Below, piece after piece: positions 10,508-18,821 of a stretch of DNA of 64,000 nt. A program made the position numbers and the translations under genes. Under the pieces are notes generated by a model. The model did not search any database and was not told the origin of the DNA. It worked only from the letters and a program-made list of their open reading frames with translations. This DNA is from an uncultured Verrucomicrobiae bacterium (lineage in GTDB: Bacteria > Verrucomicrobiota > Verrucomicrobiia > Chthoniobacterales > UBA10450), in NCBI GenBank assembly GCA_963756875.1, contig CAVWPA010000001.1:512001-576000 (forward strand), given 5' to 3'. Every line of letters starts with the position of its first letter. Position 1 is the first letter of the stretch.

Positions 10508-11671
10508 TTACCGTGTCCGGAACGTCATCGGAACGATCAATCTCCATTTCCTGCCCGGTTCCGCTCTCCATCGCCGCAGTGCTTCCAGAGCTGCCTGGTC
10601 GAGAACGGGTTGGCCCGTCGATTTGACAACTTGCACATCGATTGCCCGGCCGCTGGAATCAAAAGCAACGCGATAACGCCCCGAACCTCCCAAGCGCCGC
10701 CCAAACATGGCTCCAGAAGGAAACTGGGGCGCCGGAGTGTAAACCAACTTGCCTCTCCGGTTCTCCTCTGGTTTCGGCGAAGGCTCCGCAGTCGGAATGG
10801 GGGAGAGTGAAGAGGAGGGCGACGGAGACCCTGTGGCCGCAGCGGCCGCCCAACGAGCTTCGGAGCTCGATTTGGCATCGGCCAATAATTTTTCGAAAGC
10901 AGCGGCCGGGCGCACAACCGTCTGGCCTGGTTCACGCCCTGAAGCCACGATGCCCACGACGTCGCCGCTTTCGTCGACAACAGGCGCGCCGCTCGCGCTG
11001 GCCGCAATTGGACTTGAGGTTTCAAGCCGTTCTCCCTGAGGGCTGGATTGCGGCGCGGTGATTGTCTCGGTCGCGAGCGGTTCCGCGTGGACGGTCAGCA
11101 AGCTCCCCACGACTGCGACTTGCGTGTTGTTTGGCGGTTCGGAAGCTTTGCTCAGAGAAAGGAACGGGACCCCTGTCGTCGTTTCGGCTCGCAGTAAGGC
11201 AAGATCGAGTTCGATCGAAGACGCTAAAATACCGGGGATGTTGCGGATCTTGCCGTCTGAGGATTTTGCCACAGCGTGGGCGCCACCTTCCACAACATGC
11301 CAGTTGGTGATGAGTCGACCATCCCGGGCAACGAAGAAGCCAGTGCCAGCGCGAAGCAGAGCACCGGAGGAATCAAAGACACTGATCAGAATCACTGCGG
11401 GCTCGGCTTTGCGGGTGGCTTTTCGAAGATTTACCGAAGGAGCCAGAGTCGGTGCCGGCGTGGCGGAGGCCTGAGCCAATGTTGCGGATGGAGACGCGCT
11501 CGGTGTGGAAACTGGCTTTGCAGTTGCGAGCGGCGAAGGCGTTTGAGTAGGAGTTGAAGCCGAAGGTTGAATCGGACTCACTTTGGTCTTCGGTGGCCGC
11601 CCGCACCACGAGACCGCAAGGATTACCAAAAGTATCAGGCCGGAAATGAGCGCGAGATGTGACTGTTTCAT
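10508..11671 (-). CDS. Membrane-anchored trypsin-like peptidase domain fused to a TonB C-terminal domain
   Basis: N-terminal TM, Pro/Ser linker, GTGFF/TNWHVV/DLALL/SGAPVV, C-terminal VVKSTGQPVLDQAALEALRRW. Confidence 0.8.
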   Translation of the reverse strand: MKQSHLALISGLILLVILAVSWCGRPPKTKVSPIQPSASTPTQTPSPLATAKPVSTPSASPSATLAQASATPAPTLAPSVNLRKATRKAEPAVILISVFDSSGALLRAGTGFFVARDGRLITNWHVVEGGAHAVAKSSDGKIRNIPGILASSIELDLALLRAETTTGVPFLSLSKASEPPNNTQVAVVGSLLTVHAEPLATETITAPQSSPQGERLETSSPIAASASGAPVVDESGDVVGIVASGREPGQTVVRPAAAFEKLLADAKSSSEARWAAAAATGSPSPSSSLSPIPTAEPSPKPEENRRGKLVYTPAPQFPSGAMFGRRLGGSGRYRVAFDSSGRAIDVQVVKSTGQPVLDQAALEALRRWRAEPGRKWRLIVPMTFRTR

Positions 11672-11722
11672 TTTCGACTCGCCGCCATGATAATATCGAA
11701 TGTCGGCCGCCTTAAAAGCTGG

Positions 11723-11923
11723 TCATCGGCCGCCGCCGGCCAGTCGCCACATCCAAATGCAGAGCACGCAGGCGACGACAAGGGCCACCCAGCTCACTCC
11801 CATTGGGATCGAATGAGTCGCTACGACTACCTTGGCCCGGGTGAAAAGCCGGATCGCATGGCCCAGTGCAAAAATTGCGAGAATCAGCGCCGCCACATAC
11901 AGTCCAGTTTGTTGTGAGTTCAT
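11723..11923 (-). CDS. Small two-TM membrane protein
   Basis: 66 aa with two hydrophobic helices. Confidence 0.6.
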   Translation of the reverse strand: MNSQQTGLYVAALILAIFALGHAIRLFTRAKVVVATHSIPMGVSWVALVVACVLCIWMWRLAGGGR

Positions 11924-12019
11924 GATTGCATTTTTGATGTCGATCTTTGTTTTGTCATTAAAAATGCGTCTCCGGTAACCAGTAGGGGAGGAGGCAGTCG
12001 TCTCCTTTTTCTCTATTCG

Positions 12020-12541
12020 TCAGACCGCGCGCCGGTCCCGCATGATTGCTCCCTGGACGATGATGCCAACAGCGGCGAGGACAATAAACAGAATGGTGCT
12101 TCCCGATGGAGGGAGCGCGATTGCGCCTTGCACCAGATGTGCGCCGACTACCGATGATAGAATAATTAGCGCCCAATCGAACAAACTCAGCAAAAGCAAC
12201 GCGCCAACAATTCCGCCGATCAAAAACGTGATACCAAAGTAGCTGGCATGTTGCACGAAGAACGCTGCTGCGATTGCAGTCGCCAGCTTGCCCCCCGTCA
12301 AGAACCCGACAACTCCGATAGCGACCTTTTGTAAAAACATGGCAAGCAATGCCCCGGCAAATCCAAGGAACAGCGCAAGCATCAGAACAAAAAGAGTTGA
12401 TGAATTGTGAACCAGATGCGGGGCGACTTCCAAACCTGCCGCAAATCCGACGGCGGCGACGCACAACCAAAATAGTTTGCGACCGAAAAACAGAATGATC
12501 ACGCCCAGGAGAGCGCTTGCAACGGGGATGGAGAAATTCAT
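12020..12541 (-). CDS. DUF4203-like multi-pass membrane protein
   Basis: LFFGRKLFWL..GF motif, about 6 TM segments; start at MNFSIP. Confidence 0.75.
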   Translation of the reverse strand: MNFSIPVASALLGVIILFFGRKLFWLCVAAVGFAAGLEVAPHLVHNSSTLFVLMLALFLGFAGALLAMFLQKVAIGVVGFLTGGKLATAIAAAFFVQHASYFGITFLIGGIVGALLLLSLFDWALIILSSVVGAHLVQGAIALPPSGSTILFIVLAAVGIIVQGAIMRDRRAV

Positions 12542-12552
12542 GCGATTGCCTT

Positions 12553-12830
12553 TAGAAGCCATCTCATAAATAGGGGTTGGCCGCGCAAGAGCAATTTAGG
12601 GCGGATGGCAAGGCGCGAGCGACGAACATACCCGTTGCGGTCTGTAAGGAGCCGAGCAACGCTGCCAGACGCCCTAAAGGGCTCTTGCCCTTTGGGTGGC
12701 GTCGCTTTTCGGTTTGAACCGCGTTGCTTCTCGGTCACAGATCCATTCGGATATGCTTCCTCGTCGCGCCTTGTTCAAACCAAAAATTCAACAGCCACGC
12801 GGCTATCCCCTATTTATGAGATGGCTTGTA
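12553..12830. mobile_element. ~278-bp MITE-like element (copy 2)
   Basis: tagaagccatctcataaatagggg ... cccctatttatgagatggcttgta; internal arms gcaaggcgcgag..gagcaacgc / gcgttgct..gtcgcgccttg shared with copy 1. Confidence 0.8.
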
Positions 12831-12945
12831 CACTTTGTGGTTCTTTCTCTTCACAATATTTGATATCGGTTGTGGCCGCTGGATGCAATGCTTCGCAAGG
12901 TGGGCGTGGCTGTTTCGCAGCGACGGCGACAGAGAGCGCCCTGCT

Positions 12946-13851
12946 TTGAATCAGAATCCTTCCAGCTCAAATCCGGCCGCGCCTGTCGTAATCGGTGGTG
13001 TCGGTGGCAGCGGCACCCGCCTTTTTGCCCGGATTTTCGTGCAAGCTGGACTCTTCCTCGGTTCCGACTTGAACCTGGAGAACGATAATCTCTGGTTTAC
13101 GCTCCTGTTCAGAAGGCCCCGTTGGTACCGGAAGCTCGCGGCCCAAAAGGAACGCCGCATTTTTACCGGACTGAACCTTTTAACCAAGGCAATGCTGGGC
13201 GCGGAAGGGGTGACTCTGGACGAGCTCGCATTCCTAACGAGGGCTGCGTTCGAAATGAGCGTCAATTTTCAAGTATCCAACAAAACGATGCGTGGCATTT
13301 GGCCGTTCGAGCGAGCGCGTAACATGCTGCGCGCCGCGAAGACGTCGCTCCCGGGAAATTATCGTGGCTGGGGTTGGAAGGAGCCAAACTCGCACATCTA
13401 TCTTCCCTATTTGTTCCGGCATTTTCCGGCATTGAAATACGTCCACGTGATTCGAAACGGGCTGGATTTAGCCTTCAGCATTAACCAGGTGCAACTTCAT
13501 AACTGGTCGTTTCTGTTTGGAATGGAGCGCCCGAAGTCAAAATCCAGCATTCCGGCTGCATCCCTGAAATACTGGGTGCGCGCCAACCAGCGCGCCGTCG
13601 AACTCGGCAAAAGTTTCCCGGACCGATTTCTCTCTGTAAATTTTGATGAGCTCTGTCGTTCGCCGGCGCAAGAGACCCGGCGCATTTTTGACTTTGCCGG
13701 TGTAGAAATTTCGGCGGATGAATTTGCGCGCCTTTGCGAGCTCCCCCAAAAACAAGCGTCCTCCGGGCGTTACTTACAGCGCGATTGCAGCGTGTTCGAC
13801 CCGGAAGATGTCGAAGCGGTGCGTCGATTTGGCTTTGAAGTGAAAATTTAG
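12946..13851 (+). CDS. Sulfotransferase family protein
   Basis: IGGVGGSGTRL 5'-PSB loop, WGWKEP, HVIRNGLD 3'-PB motif; start approximate. Confidence 0.85.
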   Translation: MNQNPSSSNPAAPVVIGGVGGSGTRLFARIFVQAGLFLGSDLNLENDNLWFTLLFRRPRWYRKLAAQKERRIFTGLNLLTKAMLGAEGVTLDELAFLTRAAFEMSVNFQVSNKTMRGIWPFERARNMLRAAKTSLPGNYRGWGWKEPNSHIYLPYLFRHFPALKYVHVIRNGLDLAFSINQVQLHNWSFLFGMERPKSKSSIPAASLKYWVRANQRAVELGKSFPDRFLSVNFDELCRSPAQETRRIFDFAGVEISADEFARLCELPQKQASSGRYLQRDCSVFDPEDVEAVRRFGFEVKI

Positions 13852-13858
13852 CGGAGCC

Positions 13859-14818
13859 TCACTCCATATAACCAAGTTCGGCAAGCAATGGCCCCGCGAT
13901 TTTTTCAAACTGCTCGCGGTTGGCTGCGGACATCTCGGTTTTCCAGCGGCCGATGCGGCTCGTCTCTGGCGGCTTTTTTGTCAAAGCATGAATGCTCAGA
14001 CGCTGCTCGGCTGTCGCCCACAGGTTTCCCTCGGGACTGTGGATATCGCGCGATATCTCGGAAAGCCGCTCCTCCGCGCTCTGATGATATTGGAGTAACC
14101 GCGGTTCCCACGGCAAATCGATAAACTCCAGGATCCTCCTTAATATCGGCTCGGTATCGCGCACCAGGTCCTCATATCGAACCTCCGTATAATTGGCCAA
14201 CTCAGTGGACTGCTTGCGCGCAGACCGAATGCGCCCGACCCAGGTCTCCGCTGCCTCGGCGATGGAGCGCGGCCCGAACCAAAGATCCTTGATCGAGAGG
14301 GCGACATCACGGCCGTCTCGGATCAGGTGAATGAAGCACGCCTCGGGAAGGAATTCTGCGATCAGTTGCACTTGCGTGAGGTAGGTGGGCGTTTTGTCGC
14401 CCCAGCGTGTTTTCCCGAATCGCTCGGCGTAAAGCCGGTAAAAAGCTCGCAAAGCCGGGCCGATCTCAAATGGCGCGAGCGCATTGATCCGTTTTCGAAA
14501 TTCGTCAGCATCGAGCTGAAAATCCGTCCACCAGCGGCTCGAAAGGAGCACGTGGATAAATGCCGCGCGCGAGTCTTCTCCTGGTTTGCGGCAAGCATTC
14601 GCAACTTCAGGGATGAAATGCGTTTCGGGCGGGATGGCCAGTTGCGGGTGCGCATCCAGCATCATCCGCAGTAGTGTTGTGCCCGAGCGGCCGACTCCAA
14701 CGATGAACGGAGCCGCTGTCTGGTCGCCAACGATCTCCTTCCGTTTCGACATCAGCATAGAATTCGCTTGCTCATGCGCCTGTAGTGCCGGCCGGATCAA
14801 TTTGCCACCAAAGCGCAT
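13859..14818 (-). CDS. Sulfotransferase family protein
   Basis: FIVGVGRSGTTLLRMMLDAHP, WGDKTP, HLIRDGRDVALS, RYEDLV; true start probably about 14757. Confidence 0.92.
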   Translation of the reverse strand: MRFGGKLIRPALQAHEQANSMLMSKRKEIVGDQTAAPFIVGVGRSGTTLLRMMLDAHPQLAIPPETHFIPEVANACRKPGEDSRAAFIHVLLSSRWWTDFQLDADEFRKRINALAPFEIGPALRAFYRLYAERFGKTRWGDKTPTYLTQVQLIAEFLPEACFIHLIRDGRDVALSIKDLWFGPRSIAEAAETWVGRIRSARKQSTELANYTEVRYEDLVRDTEPILRRILEFIDLPWEPRLLQYHQSAEERLSEISRDIHSPEGNLWATAEQRLSIHALTKKPPETSRIGRWKTEMSAANREQFEKIAGPLLAELGYME

Positions 14819-15572
14819 CCGTCGCCGCGCGGATCTTCTTTATTTCCCGCTTATTCAGCATCGACGACCAGCGCCCGACGCTCTCCCCGTGAATTCCTGT
14901 CGTGGCTGCGATTTTGCGATCTTCCAGGCCGTGATCGGACGCCCTCTCCTTGTTAAAATCGAGCTGACCGGCTTCAAATTCCTCACCAAGCCACGTCATC
15001 AATTCTCGCAATGCGGATTCGGGCGAGCTCACCAGCTTTTCGTAAGTCAGGCGGTAGTAGCGCTCGCGATTTGTTTTTCCGAAATCGAGCCCCGCCCTTG
15101 TGTACTGCTGGTAGAACTCGATGCGACCATCGAGCGTTTCTGGCAACGACAGAGGAAAGCTTGCCTCTTTCATCGAAGCCAGCGTGTCGAGCGGGTTGCG
15201 CATTACGTGAATCATCAGCCATTCATTGCCAAGCAGCCGCTGCCATTGCGGAAGATAAAGGACATTTTCGGGGTTCTTGTCCGCCCACCGCGCTTTGCCG
15301 GCCAGCGCGGCAGCACTCTCGTGCAGTGCGATGAATGCCTTGCCGAAAATGCCCAGTAGCTCTTCCTCGGAGAGGAGGGCGCGCGCGGTGTTAAAAAAGC
15401 GAAGGTGTCTGATCGGGTCCTCTTTGTAATTTGCGTAAAAGTCGCGAAAAAACTTTACCTCAGGCCCGCAAAAAATTCGTGAATGCGCGTTCAAGAGGCG
15501 CCGGACCAGCGAAGTGCCCGATCGATGGCATCCGCCGACAACGATCGGCCAGGAGCTACGCAGCGTGCTCAT
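14772..15572 (-). CDS. Sulfotransferase family protein
   Basis: GGCHRSGTSLVRRLLNAH, WADKNP, MRNPLD, TYEKLV. Confidence 0.92.
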   Translation of the reverse strand: MSTLRSSWPIVVGGCHRSGTSLVRRLLNAHSRIFCGPEVKFFRDFYANYKEDPIRHLRFFNTARALLSEEELLGIFGKAFIALHESAAALAGKARWADKNPENVLYLPQWQRLLGNEWLMIHVMRNPLDTLASMKEASFPLSLPETLDGRIEFYQQYTRAGLDFGKTNRERYYRLTYEKLVSSPESALRELMTWLGEEFEAGQLDFNKERASDHGLEDRKIAATTGIHGESVGRWSSMLNKREIKKIRAATDALWWQIDPAGTTGA

Positions 15573-16392
15573 CGGCTTTTTGTTGCTGCGCTGCGGCCCA
15601 GATTTCTGCGAGGTAATGCCGTTTGCGTGGCTCTGATGGATCGAGTCGATCGTCGGAAATATAAACGCGCAGTTCCTTTTCCGAAGGGAGCTTCAACATT
15701 TCTTCGGTCAATCTCGAGCGCCAGCGATGCCATCCTTTTTTGACTTCGTCGGGATCGTATTTTCGAGTCAGGAACTTTTCCATTGCGTGCGGAATCGAGA
15801 GAAACAAATAGTGCCGCATCGGAAAAGACTGCGGATACATCTTCAATTTCCGGAACTGGACGACGTGGCCGCCGGAACTTGCAAGATCGACGCGGCGCGG
15901 CTGCCGTTTCCACGCGTTCAGGCGATGCGGGAAAGAAGGCAACATCGGGTAATACCAGCGCATCGTTTTCTGAAAATCCGGATGATCGTGGTCCGGCGAT
16001 TCCTGCGTGGGCACAAAAGCAAACTCCATGAAATTGACGGCATTGTAGCCTTTGGCATCGGCGTCCGCCAACGCCTGTTGCAACGTCGTGCCCGAGTGCG
16101 GCGGCAACCGGATCTCATCCGCATCGATATGGATAAACCAGTCGGCGTCCAGGGTAGCGGCCAGTTCCTCTTTGCGCCGGCATTGTTCCGTGAGGGAGAA
16201 AAAACCGGGCCGCCGATATTTCTCGATATCGACCAAACCGCGGCCGCGGTAGCCCTCGGCAATTTCCACCGTGCGGTCGGTCGATGAATCGTCGAGCAGA
16301 TACGTTTCGACGCCTTGTCGCGCCAGATGCTCAATGCAGCCGCCGATGAAACGCTCCTCATTATAAGTGGCCACTAACGCGATTACGCGCAT
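15556..16392 (-). CDS. Glycosyltransferase family 2
   Basis: ATYNEERFI, DDSSTDRT, HIDADE DxD motif. Confidence 0.9.
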   Translation of the reverse strand: MRVIALVATYNEERFIGGCIEHLARQGVETYLLDDSSTDRTVEIAEGYRGRGLVDIEKYRRPGFFSLTEQCRRKEELAATLDADWFIHIDADEIRLPPHSGTTLQQALADADAKGYNAVNFMEFAFVPTQESPDHDHPDFQKTMRWYYPMLPSFPHRLNAWKRQPRRVDLASSGGHVVQFRKLKMYPQSFPMRHYLFLSIPHAMEKFLTRKYDPDEVKKGWHRWRSRLTEEMLKLPSEKELRVYISDDRLDPSEPRKRHYLAEIWAAAQQQKADEHAA

Positions 16393-16441
16393 CGGGATGA
16401 AAGCTCTATTCGCGTAAGTGCGAAATCGAAAAGGAGTCTCC

Positions 16442-16792
16442 TCATTTCCTCATCATCGCGTCCCGCCGGGCTTTTCGCGTAAAAGGCTGCGCCTCACGCG
16501 ACTCGTTAAAAGGCTCCGGGCCTTTAGTTCGGAGGGGATATTTCGCGAAATAATTCCGCAGTTGCGAGCGCAAGAATCTTCGACTTCCACCGCTTTCTAA
16601 GTATCGCTCGCGACCAAATGCATCAGCTTCTTCGGTATAGGCCTCATAATGGATCAGATTCCATGGACCTCGAAAGCTCGTAGCCTGCACTGCTCCGCTT
16701 TTATGTTCGTTCAGCCGTCGTCGCAAGTCGGTCGAGAATCCGATGTACAGTCCCGCATCTCGTGCTGAATGAAGCAAGTAGACGTAAAACAT
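16442..16792 (-). CDS. Stand-alone GIY-YIG nuclease
   Basis: FYVYLL..LYIGFSTDLRRRLNEH..T..RGPW..YEAY..A..RERYLESG. Confidence 0.92.
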   Translation of the reverse strand: MFYVYLLHSARDAGLYIGFSTDLRRRLNEHKSGAVQATSFRGPWNLIHYEAYTEEADAFGRERYLESGGSRRFLRSQLRNYFAKYPLRTKGPEPFNESREAQPFTRKARRDAMMRK

Positions 16793-16831
16793 TTTTCTTC
16801 AATCGCCGCGTGAGGTGGAGCCTTTTACGCG
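16476..16831. repeat. 25-bp inverted repeats (16476-16500 and 16807-16831) bracketing the GIY-YIG gene
   Basis: cgcgtaaaaggctgcgcctcacgcg versus the reverse complement of cgcgtgaggtggagccttttacgcg, 23/25 identical. Confidence 0.8.
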
Positions 16832-18463
16832 GAATTCGAAGCCCGGTTTCCACTCGGGAAATTTCTGGCCATTGGCGACCTCGTAGCCGACCTCGAACAA
16901 AAGATCCACGTCCTGCACCGCGCCCGTCAGGTCCCAGTCCGGTTTCACTTCATCGGTGACCTGGTGGTAGTCGTGCAGGTCGTACTCATCAGAACGCAGA
17001 GGTCCGTTAACAGGGCGTGAAACCAGATGTTCGTCCTTGTTGATGTAAAGCGATGGGATGCCTGCCTTCGAAAACTCGAAACTGTCGGCCCGGTAAATAG
17101 AACCTTTTTCCGGCCGACTGTTCGGGATCGTGGCACGGCCCCGCCGTTTTGCCGTCGCAACCAGCAGGTCGTCGAGTGTGGACATTCCGTAGCTCACGTC
17201 TTCGATGTCGCGCGCCTTTCCCCATACGTTCATGGTGTCGATATTGATGTCGGCGAGCGTTTTGTTCAGCGGATAAAGCGGATGCTCGACATAAAACCTG
17301 GCGCCGAGCAGTCCGGCCTCCTCCGCAGTCGTGCACATGAAGAGAATCGATCGTTTCGGCGGCGGATCGACTTTTGTGAACGCTCGCGCCAATTCGATGA
17401 CCGCAGCGTCGCCCGAAGCGTTGTCCACTGCGCCATTGAAAATCTGGTCGCCTTTCAACTCCGGGTGTCGCCCGAGATGGTCCCAGTGCGCCGTATAAAG
17501 CACATACTCGTCCTTCAATTTCGGGTCGCTCCCTTCAAATTTTCCAATGACGTTGTGCGATTTAAACGGGCGCAGCGTTTGCTTGATATAGAAATTCGCT
17601 TTCGCATTTAGTGCAACGGGCCGAAAATCCTTCGAAATCGCGGATTTCTTTAGTGCATCGAAGTTTTGGCCGCAGTCTGCGAGAAGCTTCTTCGCGGCGT
17701 CCAGCGTGATCCATGAGCTCGCCGCAACCACACCCATGTTTTTGTCCGGCGTATCGAGTTCGAAATTTTCCTTGGCCCAGCTCGATTTCACGACGGAATA
17801 GGGGTAAGCGGCCGGTCCGGTCTCGTGGATGATGATTGCTGCCGCGGCGCCTTTTTTCGCGGCGATTTCGTACTTGTAAGTCCAGCGCCCGTAATAAGTC
17901 ATCGCCTTTCCCTTGAACATTTTCTCATCGAGCTTCGACGGGTCCCCGGGATCGGGAATCGGCGGATCGTTGATCAGCATCAACAGGGTTTTGCCGCGGA
18001 CATCGACGTCTTTGTAATCGTCCCATCCGTACTCGGGCGCGACGATCCCGTAGCCGACAAAGACAATGCCGGAGTTGTTGACTTTGATTTCGCCTTTCAA
18101 TCGCGACGACCAGGCGACGAAGTCATCCGGGTATTTAAGGTCCGTCGTTTTTCCATTAACGATCAGCGACATGCTTGGCTGGCTGGTGATTCCCGCTAGA
18201 GGAACTTCCTGGGTGTAGGTGCCGTCCGGATTGCCAGGCTCCAGTCCGATTGTTTTGAATTGGTCGGAAATGTATTTAACCGAAAGATCTTCGCCCTCTG
18301 TCCCCGGCGACCGCCCCTGGAACGTATCCGCTGACAGAATTTTAATGTGAGCGAGTAGCCCGTCGGGCGTGATCGAATCCAGCGCCGGCTTGAGTTTCTG
18401 TTCCGGGGCCGCGGCAAAGAGCGACACCGCGCTTAGCGCCAAAACCACGAGGGTTGTTCTCAT
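16799..18463 (-). CDS. M28 family metallopeptidase with PA domain
   Basis: Signal peptide, FVGYGI, TAHWDHLG, GAVDNASG, AEEAGLLG, YHQVTDE. Confidence 0.92.
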   Translation of the reverse strand: MRTTLVVLALSAVSLFAAAPEQKLKPALDSITPDGLLAHIKILSADTFQGRSPGTEGEDLSVKYISDQFKTIGLEPGNPDGTYTQEVPLAGITSQPSMSLIVNGKTTDLKYPDDFVAWSSRLKGEIKVNNSGIVFVGYGIVAPEYGWDDYKDVDVRGKTLLMLINDPPIPDPGDPSKLDEKMFKGKAMTYYGRWTYKYEIAAKKGAAAAIIIHETGPAAYPYSVVKSSWAKENFELDTPDKNMGVVAASSWITLDAAKKLLADCGQNFDALKKSAISKDFRPVALNAKANFYIKQTLRPFKSHNVIGKFEGSDPKLKDEYVLYTAHWDHLGRHPELKGDQIFNGAVDNASGDAAVIELARAFTKVDPPPKRSILFMCTTAEEAGLLGARFYVEHPLYPLNKTLADINIDTMNVWGKARDIEDVSYGMSTLDDLLVATAKRRGRATIPNSRPEKGSIYRADSFEFSKAGIPSLYINKDEHLVSRPVNGPLRSDEYDLHDYHQVTDEVKPDWDLTGAVQDVDLLFEVGYEVANGQKFPEWKPGFEFRVKGSTSRGD

Positions 18464-18596
18464 TCTTCTTTTGTAAGGGCGCTCGGCGACCGCTGCAAAT
18501 GTTTGGAAGGGCCGGCGTTCGAGGCTGCGTGTTGCCACGCATCGGTTTCGGGCCGATGAGGACGCCCGCGACAGGGCACAAGCCAGGCGTAATAAT

Positions 18597-18746
18597 TCCG
18601 GGGAGCGCAGGCGCCTCGCGTGCGGGCGACGGCGCCCTCGCCGTTGCGAACCTTCATCATTCGAATGTTGCTGCTACGTCGAATACGCAAGATCGTTTGT
18701 CGCGAGGGCGCGACAAACGGCACGCGAGGCGCGTGCGCTCCCCGGA
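18597..18746. repeat. REP/REPIN-like palindromic element (copy C)
   Basis: tccggggagcgcaggcgcctcgcgtgc ... gcacgcgaggcgcgtgcgctccccgga. Confidence 0.9.
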
Positions 18747-18821
18747 CCAGGGAGGCCAAACTCTCGTCGATGCGCAGCCGGGCGAGATGTCCCTCGCTTC
18801 GTTTGCGGTGACCGCAAGTGG

